The notes beneath the pieces are model-generated. The model made no database searches. It had not been told where the DNA came from and saw nothing but the letters and a program-made list of their open reading frames with translations. This document shows, one piece after another, positions 1 to 9,853 of a DNA stretch of 64,000 nt. Each line of letters begins with the position of its first letter. Position 1 is the first letter of the stretch. The DNA lies in NCBI GenBank assembly GCA_963815115.1, contig CAWFFN010000005.1:192001-256000 (forward strand), given 5' to 3'. The DNA comes from an uncultured delta proteobacterium. GTDB lineage: Bacteria > Desulfobacterota > Binatia > DP-6. A program made the position numbers and the translations under genes.

Positions 1-1524
1 CAGGCCCTCGTGCGCCGGGCCAATGGCCCGCGCGAGGTGAGCGTGACGGACATCGTTCCGGGTGACGTCGTGGTCCTCAAGCCGGGCGCCCGTGTTCCGG
101 TGGACGGCGTGGTGCTCGCCGGGCACTCCTTCGTCGACCAGGCCACGGTGACGGGCGAGTCGATGCCGGCCGAGAAGGTCGCAGGCGCGCCCGTCTATGC
201 CGGGACGATCAACCAGTCCGGAACGCTCGACGTACGCGCCACCTGCATCGGCCGCGAGACCGCCTTCGGGAAGATCATCGAGGCGGTCGAGGCGGCGGAG
301 AGGTCTCGGGCACCGGTCCAGAGGACGGCGGACCGGCTCGCCGGCTACCTCGTATACTTCGCCCTCGGCTGCGCGGCCGTGACGTTCCTGATCACCCGCG
401 ACGTGCGGTCGATGATCTCGGTCATCATCGTCGCGGGTGCGTGCGGCATCGCCGCCGGCACCCCGCTCGCGATCCTCGGCGCGATCGGTCAGGCGGCGCG
501 CCGGGGGGCGATCGTCAAGGGTGGGCTCTACCTCGAGGTCTTGAGCCAGGTGGACACGGTGGTGCTCGACAAGACCGGCACCCTGACGTACGGCAGGCCC
601 GCAGTCGTCGCCATCCATGCCGTCGCCGGCGCGACTGCCGAGGAGGTGCTCGCCGCCGCCGCGATTGCCGAGCGTCCGTCCGAGCACCCGGTGGGGAAGG
701 CGGTCCTCGGGAAGGCAGCCGAGACGGCCCTCGCGGTCGTCGAGCCCGAATGGTTCGCCTCCGTGCCGGGGAAAGGGGTCGTCTGCACGGTCGGCGGCGC
801 GGAGATCGTCGTCGGGAGCCAGACCTTTCTCGCCGAGCGCAACGTCGACGTCACGCCGTGTGCTTTCGGTGCCGTCCAGGGCTCGGAGGTCCATGTGGCG
901 CGCCGGGGGCGTGTGCTCGGGCACCTGCACGTTGCCGACGTCCTGCGGCCCGAAGCCGAGGATGCCGTCGCCGGGCTGCGCCGGATGGGCCTGCGCACCA
1001 TCCTCTTGACGGGTGACGCCGAGGCAGTCGCCGGCGCGGTGGGTCGACAGCTCGCCATCGACGAGGTGGAGGCCGAGCTGCTGCCCGCCGGGAAGCTCGC
1101 CCGCATCGAGGCGCTGCTCGCCGAGGGCCGGAGGGTGGCGATGGTCGGGGACGGGATCAACGACGCGCCGGCCCTCATGCGCGCCAGCGTCGGTGTGGCC
1201 ATGGGCTCCGGAACGGATGTCGCTCGCGAGAGCGCGCCGGTCGTGTTGCTCGGGAACGACCTGCGGACCTTCGTCGAGACCCTGCGCATCGCGCGGCGGT
1301 GCCGCCGCATCGTCATGGCCAACTTCGCCGGGACGCTCCTGGTGGACGCCGTCGGGGTGGGTCTGGCCGCCTCCGGGCTGCTCGGCCCGCTACTCGCCGC
1401 CTTCGTCCACGTCGCGTCCGAGCTCGCGTTCATCCTCAACGCGGCCAGACTGCTGCCGGCAGGGCCAGCGGCGTCGAAGGTGGAAGGCGCCGAGCCGTCC
1501 ACGGCGCTGCGTGCGGCTGCGTAG
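1..1524 (+). CDS. Heavy-metal P1B-type ATPase (5' part outside window)
   Basis: TGES, DKTGTLT, SEHP, TGD and GDGINDAPAL motifs; TM motif IVAGACG instead of CPx. Confidence 0.93.
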   Translation, partial: QALVRRANGPREVSVTDIVPGDVVVLKPGARVPVDGVVLAGHSFVDQATVTGESMPAEKVAGAPVYAGTINQSGTLDVRATCIGRETAFGKIIEAVEAAERSRAPVQRTADRLAGYLVYFALGCAAVTFLITRDVRSMISVIIVAGACGIAAGTPLAILGAIGQAARRGAIVKGGLYLEVLSQVDTVVLDKTGTLTYGRPAVVAIHAVAGATAEEVLAAAAIAERPSEHPVGKAVLGKAAETALAVVEPEWFASVPGKGVVCTVGGAEIVVGSQTFLAERNVDVTPCAFGAVQGSEVHVARRGRVLGHLHVADVLRPEAEDAVAGLRRMGLRTILLTGDAEAVAGAVGRQLAIDEVEAELLPAGKLARIEALLAEGRRVAMVGDGINDAPALMRASVGVAMGSGTDVARESAPVVLLGNDLRTFVETLRIARRCRRIVMANFAGTLLVDAVGVGLAASGLLGPLLAAFVHVASELAFILNAARLLPAGPAASKVEGAEPSTALRAAA

Positions 1525-1580
1525 CCAGGCCGGGAAGCGGTGGGCGGGAGCCATCGGCCACGGCGTCCCGGTCCCTTCCC

Positions 1581-2865
1581 CTACACCGTGATGCCGTCCT
1601 CCCGCAGCGCCGCCGGCGTCGCACGTTCCGCGACGGTACCGGCGGGGTGCCGGTACCACCCGGGATCCTCGAAGGACGTGATCCCGGTACGGACCTTCAC
1701 GATGGTGAACATGCCGCCCATGTCGATGGGGCCGAACGGACCCGCGCCGCCCAGCATCGGAATGCTGTTCGGCGGCACCCCCATGGACTCGCTCATCCCG
1801 CTCATGGCTCCCATGCCCGTCTCGCCCATCGTCATGTACTCGGGCAGCAGGCGCCGGACCTTGCGATCGAGCGGGCCGGGCTTCACGCCCAGCATGTTCG
1901 GCAGCCCGTGGCCCATCTGGTTCATCGTGTGATGGGTCATGTGGCAGTGAAACGGCCAGTCGCCGGGCGCGTCGGCCACGAACTCGATGTCGCGCGTGCT
2001 GCCGACCGGCACGAGCACGGTCGTCTCCGGCACCCAGGCCGACTCCGGGATGCGTCCCGCGTCGGTACCGGTGACCCGGAAGGCGTGGCCGTGGATGTGG
2101 AAGGGATGATGATCCGTGGAGCCGAGATTCCCCAGACGGATGCGGACACGCTGGCCGGTGCGGACGACCAGGGGAGCCGTCGCCGGGAACACCTTGCCGT
2201 TGATGGTGAAGATGTTGAAGTCGTTCATCACCGTGGGGTCGGGCCTGCGCGTTCCCGCCTTGATCGCCCACTCGCTCAGCATGATCGAGAAGTCGCGATC
2301 GATCGGCGGCCCGAGCGGCGCGCGCGGGTGAACCACGAACATGCCCATCGTGCCGAGCCCGATCTGCACCATCTCGTCGAAATGCGAGTGATACATGTAG
2401 GTGCCCGACTGACGGAGGGTGAACTCGTACCTGAAGGTCTCGCCCGGGCGGGATGCCGGGCTGGGTGAGACCGGCGACGCCGTCCATGCCGTTGGGAACG
2501 AAGAGGCCGTGCCAGTGGACCGCGGTCGCCTCGGGCAGCCGGTTGGTGACGTAGATGCGGACGCGATCGCCCTCGACGGCCTCGATGAGCGGCCCCGGAG
2601 TCACGCCGTTGTAGCCCCAGCACTCGGCGCGCAGGCCGGGCGCGAACTCGTGGGTGAAGGGTTGCGCGACCAGGTGGTACACCTTGACGCCGCTCACGAG
2701 CTTCCAGGGCAGCGTGGAGCCGTTCGGCACCGTGACCGGCGACTGCGATCCCGCGGCGGGCGCCGGCGTGCTCGGCTGCGGCGCGGACTCCTCGGCCCGG
2801 GCAGCGACGGCGACACCCGCCACGGCGGTGGCACCCGAGACCAGGACCTCTCTCCTCGACAGCAT
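1581..2865 (-). CDS. Tat-exported multicopper oxidase (+1 frameshift near 2443-2445)
   Basis: MLSRREVL Tat signal; HWHG, YHSH, HPFHIHGH and WPFHCHMTHH motifs over two ORFs; removing one base in cccgggcgag restores PPGETFRYEF. Confidence 0.9.
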
Positions 2866-2869
2866 GCCG

Positions 2870-4291
2870 TTACCCTCCGTGCTCGTCTTCGAGTCGCGGC
2901 CGCGACGCGTCCGGTGCCGGCGGCTCGCCCGGCTGGAGCTCGCCACCGACGGCGCTCTCCAGGTCGGTGCGCGCAATCCAGTAGTCGCGCAGCGACTCGA
3001 TGAGTCCCCGGCCGGCGTCGATCTCGTCGCGCTTGGCGACCAGGAGCTGGAAGACGCCGACCAGCATCGCGTTGTACTCGAGCTGGGTCTGCCGGATGAT
3101 CCGCTCGCGGAGCGGCACGAGCACCGTGCGATAGTGCTCCGCCAGCGCGCGCGCCTGCTGCATTCGCGTGTGGGCGCGCCGCACCTGGGAGCGCACCGTC
3201 ACGGCGAGCGCGGCGTGCTGGTCCTCGCCCTGTCGCACCTGTGCCGACTGGCTCGCGAGCGCCGCCTGGCCCTGATCGAAGATGGGGATGGGCAGCTCGA
3301 CCGCGGGGCCGACCGACCATGCCCCGTCGTCGACCTCGCGCTCCGCGGCGACGCCCAGGCCCGCCATCGGGAGGAAGCGCGAGCGGCGGGTGAGGTCGCG
3401 GGCGAGCAGCAGGCGGTGGACGCGCTGCTGCGCGGCCGCGAGATCGAGGCGCTGCGAGACGGCGAGCGTCTCGAGGCCGTCGGGCGCGACGTCCTCGCGC
3501 GGCAGGTCGGGGAGCCGTGGCCCGATGCGCCACGAGGCCGCCTCCGCCGACAATCCCATCAGCGCGGTCAGCTCCTCGCGGTCCTCCGCGGCCTCGGTCT
3601 CGGCACGCGCGAGGTCCGCGCTGGCCTGCTCGTTGAGGGCGAGCTCGCTGGCGAGGTCGAGATCGGTGATGTTGCCGGCGTCGTGCTGCCGCCGGGCGAC
3701 GTCCGCGGAGAGCGCGGTGGCCTCGACCACCGAGCGCCGCAGCTCGAGCAGCTGCTCGGCGCCCTGCGAGCGATAGAACGCGCGCTTGACCGCCGTCACG
3801 AGATCGACGACCGCCGCCGAGACCGTGAGCTTCGCCTCCTCGAAGGCGGCTCCCGCGACCCGTCTCTTGAGCGGGATCTGGATGATCGAGACGATCTGCT
3901 GCACCAGGCCGATGGCGGCGCCGGTGAAGAGACCGGCGGGCGTCGGGAACGTCACCTGGGCGGAGAGGATGGGGTTCTGGAGGAGTCCCGCCTGCACCAG
4001 GTCGGCCTGTGCGATACCGAGCTGCGCGTAGACGGCCTGCAGGCTCCGGTTGTTCAGCAACGCGATCTGGACCGCCGAGTCGATGTCGAGCTCGCTCGCG
4101 AGCAGCTCCTGCACGTGGCGGCCCGCCTCCTCGTCCTCGGGCGTCCCCTGGTTCCACTGGATGGTGCGCCCGGGGCTGCGCGCGGCGATCAGATCGGACA
4201 CCGCATCGAATCCGGGACGCGGGACGATGCGGGTGCAGCCGGCCAGGACGACGGCCACGCCGAGGAGCGCGGCGCTAGCCCGCCGAGGCAT
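2870..4291 (-). CDS. TolC-family outer-membrane efflux lipoprotein (copper-associated)
   Basis: LAGC lipobox; AVQIALLNN, ELPIPIFDQGQ and YNAMLVGVFQLL motifs; directly upstream of the oxidase. Confidence 0.88.
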   Translation of the reverse strand: MPRRASAALLGVAVVLAGCTRIVPRPGFDAVSDLIAARSPGRTIQWNQGTPEDEEAGRHVQELLASELDIDSAVQIALLNNRSLQAVYAQLGIAQADLVQAGLLQNPILSAQVTFPTPAGLFTGAAIGLVQQIVSIIQIPLKRRVAGAAFEEAKLTVSAAVVDLVTAVKRAFYRSQGAEQLLELRRSVVEATALSADVARRQHDAGNITDLDLASELALNEQASADLARAETEAAEDREELTALMGLSAEAASWRIGPRLPDLPREDVAPDGLETLAVSQRLDLAAAQQRVHRLLLARDLTRRSRFLPMAGLGVAAEREVDDGAWSVGPAVELPIPIFDQGQAALASQSAQVRQGEDQHAALAVTVRSQVRRAHTRMQQARALAEHYRTVLVPLRERIIRQTQLEYNAMLVGVFQLLVAKRDEIDAGRGLIESLRDYWIARTDLESAVGGELQPGEPPAPDASRPRLEDEHGG

Positions 4292-4438
4292 GGGGGGTGG
4301 CGGGCGCCGGCAGGCCGTGTCCGGCCGGCAGGCAAGACGAGGTTCGAGCCATGGGATCTCCTCTCTCGGGTCGCGCTGCGTGCGGCCGTCGCATCTCGAC
4401 GGGCGCACGCTCGTCGGTCGTTCAGCGAGTGGAGAGGC

Positions 4439-4855
4439 TCAGAGCAGCAGGACGCAGGTGCGGAGGCGCGACGGGCCGGAGGCGGCGCGACCGGCGATCG
4501 AGACGAGCCAGCCGGAGGATCGGAGCGCTGCGGTCCGCGGGCGCGGGACGAGCGCGAGGAGACCCGGCCACGCGGCGAGATGCAACGACGGCATCTGCGA
4601 GCTGCCGCCCGGCGCGAGCGTCAGCTGGCAGTGGCTGCACGCGGGATCGTGCCCGGTGGGCGACGGCCGATGACCGGAGCCGGGGCAACAGGCGTGCGCT
4701 GACGGGTGGGCCTGCGGCGCGCTCGCGGCGCGCGCGGGCGCGCAATCGCAGGAGAGCTGCAGCAGCAGGATGGCGGGCAGCAGGAGCGCGGCGACGATGT
4801 GCCGCGGCGCGCGGTGCGTGCACGCGGGGCGAGCCAGGATGCGCGGAGCGGGCAT
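4439..4855 (-). CDS. Small exported Cys/His-rich protein (DUF2946-like metal-operon leader)
   Basis: Hydrophobic N-terminus; CDC, HACC, CSHC; ends in CVLLL; upstream of TolC. Confidence 0.55.
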   Translation of the reverse strand: MPAPRILARPACTHRAPRHIVAALLLPAILLLQLSCDCAPARAASAPQAHPSAHACCPGSGHRPSPTGHDPACSHCQLTLAPGGSSQMPSLHLAAWPGLLALVPRPRTAALRSSGWLVSIAGRAASGPSRLRTCVLLL

Positions 4856-4887
4856 CGACGATCCCTTGGCGGTTCTTCCGACGGTCT

Positions 4888-5148
4888 TCAGCTCGCCGAC
4901 TTGGTCGTCGCCGCGTCCTCCTCGTCCTCGTCCTCGGCCGTCTCGGCTTCCTCCCCTTCGGCCTCCTCGCTTCCGGGGGGGTGCCAGCCCGGGGGGGGAT
5001 CGACGCCGACCGCCTGGCTCCAGTCGATGTCGTCGTCAACCCCGGACGCCGAGTGCTCTTGGCGCTCGCGTTTGCGAGCCTCCTTGGCCTCGTGCTTCGC
5101 CTTGCGCTGCAGCTCTTTTGCCCGTTTGTTGGAGCGAAATCGCGCCAT
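4888..5148 (-). CDS. Small protein, basic N-terminus and acidic tail
   Basis: GGGAGG RBS before ATG 5148; MARFRSNKRAKELQRKAK...EDEDEED. Confidence 0.7.
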   Translation of the reverse strand: MARFRSNKRAKELQRKAKHEAKEARKRERQEHSASGVDDDIDWSQAVGVDPPPGWHPPGSEEAEGEEAETAEDEDEEDAATTKSAS

Positions 5149-5338
5149 GCCGACCTCCCGGACTGCCGCGTGTCCCGCGGCCCGGCGCGGCGAGGCGTCG
5201 CGTGCGTCGATTCCGCGCCGTGCCCGACCCGCCAAGGTCTAGCATGCCTCCGCGAGCGACGTAAACGGCACCTCGCGTCGGCGCGTCTGGCGTGCCGCAA
5301 CGCTTGACAGGGCTTGGGGTGCGTGGAACCCGGAGGCG

Positions 5339-6118
5339 ATGGACGGCCGCGAGGTCCTCGCGCTCATGGACCTGAATATGCAGGAGATGTATCGCGAAGA
5401 TGCCCGTACCACGACGGGCGGCTTCGTCGTCGAGCGTGACGGCATGGTGCTGTGCGGATCGCCGCACGGCACCGAGTTCACGAACATGGCGATGGTCGTG
5501 CGCCCGTGTGCAGCGGCTGCCGTACGCAGCGCGCTCGACGAGACCTTCCGTGCCGCCGGCCTGGCCTGCTCCGTGTGGACGCGCGCGCACGCCGACCGCG
5601 CGCTCGAGGACGAGCTGCGTGAGGAAGGGTTCGACGAGCTCCTCACCGTCCCCGCCATGATGCTTCCCAACGACGCGCCCCTCGCGCCGCTGCCCCGCGA
5701 GATCGAGCTGCGTCCCGTCGGCGACGACGCGGCCCGCCGTGCCTATCTCGGCGTGATGGTCCCGGCGTGGGCGGTGTACGGGATCGAGCCGGGGTCGACC
5801 GCCGCGCACTTCCCGGCGATCGACAGCCTGCTCGGTCCGATGAAGACCGCCTTTCTCGCCTACCGCGACGGGGAGCCGGTCGCGGGCGCCATCCTCTACC
5901 TGTCGCACGACGTGGCCGGCATCGGCTGGGTGGGCACGGTGCCGGAGTCGTGCGGACGCGGCTACGGTGCCGCCGTCACGGCGTCGGTCGTGGCGGAGGG
6001 CCGGCGACGCGGAGCCCGCTTCACCAACCTCCAGGCGTCACCGCTGGGCGCGCCGGTCTATCGCCGCATGGGCTTCACGACGCCGACGCACTATCGCGTC
6101 TTCGTGCTCCGCGGCTGA
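5339..6118 (+). CDS. GNAT family N-acetyltransferase
   Basis: VGTVPESCGRGYG acetyl-CoA motif, LQASPLGAPVYRRMGF; GGAGG RBS. Confidence 0.88.
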   Translation: MDGREVLALMDLNMQEMYREDARTTTGGFVVERDGMVLCGSPHGTEFTNMAMVVRPCAAAAVRSALDETFRAAGLACSVWTRAHADRALEDELREEGFDELLTVPAMMLPNDAPLAPLPREIELRPVGDDAARRAYLGVMVPAWAVYGIEPGSTAAHFPAIDSLLGPMKTAFLAYRDGEPVAGAILYLSHDVAGIGWVGTVPESCGRGYGAAVTASVVAEGRRRGARFTNLQASPLGAPVYRRMGFTTPTHYRVFVLRG

Positions 6119-6127
6119 CGCGCGTGC

Positions 6128-7387
6128 GTGGCGCCGCGTGCCCGCATCTTTCACGGGTGGTTGATCGTCGCGACCGCCTTCGTCTGCCACGCCGTCAACG
6201 TCGGTCTCATGTTCTACGCCTGGAGCGTGTTCTTGACGCCGCTGGCGAACGAGTTCGGCGGGCGAGCCGCGGTGGCGCTCGGCTACTCGCTCACGCAGTT
6301 CGCGACCGCGGCCTACGGGCTCGTGGTCGGCCGGCTGGTCGACCGGCGTGGGGCGCGCCCCGTCGAGATCGTCGGCGCGTGGGCCATGGCGATCGGCTTC
6401 CTGCTGGTCTCGCAGGTGCGCTCGCTGCCGGCGCTGTATCTCTGTCTCGCGGGACCGGTGGCGCTCGGCTCGACCTGCATCGGGGCGCTGCCCAACAATG
6501 CGGCGGTGGCGCGCTGGTTCGTGGTGCGGCGCGGGCGGGCACTCGGCATCGCGACGGCGGGCATCTCCGCCGGCGGCATCGTGTTCGCGCCCCTGGCGCA
6601 GTACCTGATCACGCACCTGGGCTGGCGCGAAGCGTACGCCGTCCTGGCCGTTCTCGTCCTCGTCCTGGTGCTGCCCCCGGTGCTCGCGTTCATGCGGCGC
6701 GATCCGGCCGACCTCGGGCTGCTGCCCGATGGCGAGCCGCCCGCGGGTCGCCACCGGACGCAGGCGAGCCTGGCGCTCGTCGAGGAGGAGATGGAGCGCT
6801 CGGTGCGGCCCGACGTGGCGGTGCGGCAGGCGAGCTTCTGGCTGCTCGCGGTCGCCTTCGGGCTCACCATGGCGGGGCTGGCGGGCGTGCTGCTGTATCA
6901 GATCCCGCTGCTCGTCGACCGCGGCATGCCGCCGACGCGCGCGGCGCTGGTGCTCGGCGCCACGGCGGCAATGGGCGTGGTCGGCAAGCTCGGGTTCGGC
7001 GCTCTCCTCGATCGCTTCGACCAGCGCCGCATCGCCGCGGCATGCTTTTGTCTGCAGGCGGTCGGGGTGCTTCTCCTGTGGCAGGGACGCGGCCCGTTGA
7101 TGCTCGTGTGCTACGTCGTCCTCTACGGCTACGCCATGGGCGGCAACGCCACCCTGCAGGCGAGCCTGGTCGCCGAAGCGTTCGGCCGTGCCCACTTCGG
7201 CGCCATCGCGTCGCGGCTCGTGCCCTTCGTCGTCACGGCGCAGGCGCTCGGCGTGCCGGCCACGGGCTATCTCCGCGACGTGACCGGAAGCTTCACGCCG
7301 GCGCTGCTGGCGATCATCGTGGCCGCGCTGGTGGCGGCGGCGGTCGTTCTCCAGGTTCGGCTGCCGCCGAAGCCCGGACGTCGCTGA
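6128..7387 (+). CDS. MFS transporter
   Basis: About 12 hydrophobic segments; GRLVDRRGAR motif A; WFVVRRGRALG. Confidence 0.9.
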   Translation: MAPRARIFHGWLIVATAFVCHAVNVGLMFYAWSVFLTPLANEFGGRAAVALGYSLTQFATAAYGLVVGRLVDRRGARPVEIVGAWAMAIGFLLVSQVRSLPALYLCLAGPVALGSTCIGALPNNAAVARWFVVRRGRALGIATAGISAGGIVFAPLAQYLITHLGWREAYAVLAVLVLVLVLPPVLAFMRRDPADLGLLPDGEPPAGRHRTQASLALVEEEMERSVRPDVAVRQASFWLLAVAFGLTMAGLAGVLLYQIPLLVDRGMPPTRAALVLGATAAMGVVGKLGFGALLDRFDQRRIAAACFCLQAVGVLLLWQGRGPLMLVCYVVLYGYAMGGNATLQASLVAEAFGRAHFGAIASRLVPFVVTAQALGVPATGYLRDVTGSFTPALLAIIVAALVAAAVVLQVRLPPKPGRR

Positions 7388-7391
7388 GCCC

Positions 7392-8576
7392 TCAGCGCCG
7401 CCGGTCGGGAGCGCGCGGCGGCGTGCGGCGTGCCAGCAGCAGGTACGAGCCCAGCAGCGCGAGCAGAGCGAGCACCGCGAGCGTGGACCACGGAAAGCGT
7501 GACGCCGGCGCGGGAGCGGCTGCGGCCGGCTCGTGCGTCCGGCGAGAGGCCGTCGCGGCGGGCGAGGACGAAGCCACGGGCGCGGCGACGCCGGGGCGGG
7601 CTCCATCGTCCGCGGGCCGCTCCGGCTCGAGCACGGGCCGGTGGTGGTGGGCCCTGGCGTGCGCCGCCAGGGGTGCCGGCTCGTCGCCGTCGGCGCTCTC
7701 GAGCGCCGCCTGGGCGAGACGCACGCCGTCGCCGTCGAGCAGGTCGGCGACCCGGCGCGACACCGTCCGGATCGGCAGATCGCGATCGCGGCGCATGCCC
7801 TCGCGCAGGACCGCGCGGGGGTCGAGCTCCATGAGTCGCAAGGACACGCGGCCCCGCCCGTGTCCGTCGCCGGCGAGCGCGTGCAGGTCGTCGAGCGCCT
7901 CCGCCTCGCGACCCGCCCCCCGCTTCGCCGTCGCCGCCGCGTACAGCGCGTCGTCGGTGAATCGGCTATCGGGATGCGCGATCGCGAAAGCCATGAAGGT
8001 CTCCGCGGCGCCCTGCACGTCGCCCGCCCAGTAGCGCGCGTAGGCCTCGACGAGCGGCGCTGCCTCGCCCAGCACCGGATCCGTTGCGCTCGCGGCGACG
8101 GTCGCACCTGCCCCCGCCCCGCCCTCCGCCGCGTCGAGCAGCGCGGTCGCGAAATCCGCCGTGGGGCGCTGAGCGACGTCCGCTGCGACCGCGGCCGCCA
8201 GGTGGTCGCGCGCTTCGTCGAACCCGCCACGCCCGAGCGCGCACCAGGCCAGACCGAACTCGGCGGCGCCCGTGAGCTGCGGGCCGGTGCCACGATCGCG
8301 CACGTCGCCGTACCAGGCCGCCGCGGTACGGTAGAGTCCGGCTCGCGAGGCGGCATCGCCGATGAGCAGCTCGTGGATCGGATTCAGCTCGCCGGCCCGT
8401 TCCTGGCGCGCGGCCTCGAGAAGCTGCCGGCCGCTCCCGTTGGGATCGCGCACGTAGTTCGCGATGGCCTGCTCCGTCGCGGGTGACATCGAGGGGGCGG
8501 ATGCCGTGACGGCCCTGCGTGGGTTCGCCGCGACTGCCACCAGGAAGGCAAGTGCGATGGCGGCGGGACGGGACAT
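7392..8576 (-). CDS. Exported TPR-like protein with C-terminal TM anchor
   Basis: Signal peptide; Ala-rich helical repeats (HPDSRFTDDALY); Pro/Ala linker, TM helix and basic tail. Confidence 0.7.
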   Translation of the reverse strand: MSRPAAIALAFLVAVAANPRRAVTASAPSMSPATEQAIANYVRDPNGSGRQLLEAARQERAGELNPIHELLIGDAASRAGLYRTAAAWYGDVRDRGTGPQLTGAAEFGLAWCALGRGGFDEARDHLAAAVAADVAQRPTADFATALLDAAEGGAGAGATVAASATDPVLGEAAPLVEAYARYWAGDVQGAAETFMAFAIAHPDSRFTDDALYAAATAKRGAGREAEALDDLHALAGDGHGRGRVSLRLMELDPRAVLREGMRRDRDLPIRTVSRRVADLLDGDGVRLAQAALESADGDEPAPLAAHARAHHHRPVLEPERPADDGARPGVAAPVASSSPAATASRRTHEPAAAAPAPASRFPWSTLAVLALLALLGSYLLLARRTPPRAPDRRR

Positions 8577-8675
8577 CGACGGTCCGTCGAGTCCTACCGT
8601 GGCCCCGGCCGAGGCGCAATGCGATGTTCGTTCATCTTGCAGGTCCGGAGCGCATCGCGTACTCAACGCGCAGCG

Positions 8676-9848
8676 ATGCGGTACGACTTCACCCCGGAGC
8701 AGCTCGCGTGGCGTGATGAGGTGCGTGCGTTCTGCGCGGCGAACGTCACCGAGGCGCTGCGCGCGGAGCTGCGGCAGGCGGGGAACGAGGGTGACGGTCC
8801 GCTCGCGAAGGCGTTCCATCGCCGGCTGTTCGAGCAGGGCTGGTGGGGCGTGGGATGGCCGAAGGACTTCGGCGGCATGGGGAAGGCGGCGGTCGAGCAG
8901 TACATCTTCATCGACGAGATGCAGGCCGCCGGTGCGCCTGCCATGAACCTCTCCGTCACGTCGGTGGCGCCGACGATCCTGCGCGAAGGCAGCGAGGAGC
9001 AGAAGGCCCGCTGGCTGCCGGCGATCCTGCGCGGCGAAGCCGACTTCGCGGTCGCGTACTCGGAGCCGAACGCCGGCACCGACCTGGCGGCGCTCAGCAC
9101 GCGTGCCGAGCTGGACGGTGACGACTGGGTCATCACCGGACAGAAGATCTGGAACACCGGCGCGCACACCGCGACGCACAACTGGGTCGCCGTGCGCACC
9201 GAGCCCGACGCACCGAAGCATCAGGGCATCTCGATGATGATCGTGCCGATGGACGCGCCCGGCATCGAGGTCCAGGGCATCTGGACGATGTCGAACATCC
9301 GCACCAATGCGGTCTTCTTCGACGGCGTGCGCGTGCCGAGGGATCACCTCATCGGCCAGCGCGGCATGGGCTTCTACTACGCCATGATGGCGCTCGACTT
9401 CGAGCGCATCCAGATCGGCTGCGTCGGCATGCTGGCGCGGCTGCTCGGCGAGCTGAAGGACTTCGTGCGCGGCACGGTACGCGACGGGCGGGCGCTCGGC
9501 GCGGTCTCCTGGGTGCGGCGCGCGCTGGCCGATCTCGAGGTGCGCGTCGAGGTGGGACGGCAGATCGGGTTGCTCAACGCCTGGCTCATCGACCAGGGCG
9601 TCGTGCCCACGAAGGAGGGCTCGATGTCCAAGGTGTACGTCAGCGAGCTCAACGCCCACTTCGCCAGCGTCGGGCTCGACATCCTCGGGTTGGCCGGGCA
9701 GCTCGGCCCCGAGGACGAGACGGCGCCGCTGCACGGCCGGCTGCAGTGGCTCTATACCATCGCGCCCATGCAGCGCTTCGGCGGCGGGACCAACGAGGTC
9801 CAGCGCCTCATCATCGCGCAACGCGGGCTCGGTCTGCCGCGCAAGTGA
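8676..9848 (+). CDS. Acyl-CoA dehydrogenase
   Basis: YSEPNAGTDLAAL, GQKIWNT and FGGGTNEVQR motifs. Confidence 0.93.
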   Translation: MRYDFTPEQLAWRDEVRAFCAANVTEALRAELRQAGNEGDGPLAKAFHRRLFEQGWWGVGWPKDFGGMGKAAVEQYIFIDEMQAAGAPAMNLSVTSVAPTILREGSEEQKARWLPAILRGEADFAVAYSEPNAGTDLAALSTRAELDGDDWVITGQKIWNTGAHTATHNWVAVRTEPDAPKHQGISMMIVPMDAPGIEVQGIWTMSNIRTNAVFFDGVRVPRDHLIGQRGMGFYYAMMALDFERIQIGCVGMLARLLGELKDFVRGTVRDGRALGAVSWVRRALADLEVRVEVGRQIGLLNAWLIDQGVVPTKEGSMSKVYVSELNAHFASVGLDILGLAGQLGPEDETAPLHGRLQWLYTIAPMQRFGGGTNEVQRLIIAQRGLGLPRK

Positions 9849-9853
9849 GCGCC

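Noticed and set aside
5304-5335. TTGACA promoter before the GNAT gene
   Set aside because: No credible -10 box at 16-18 nt
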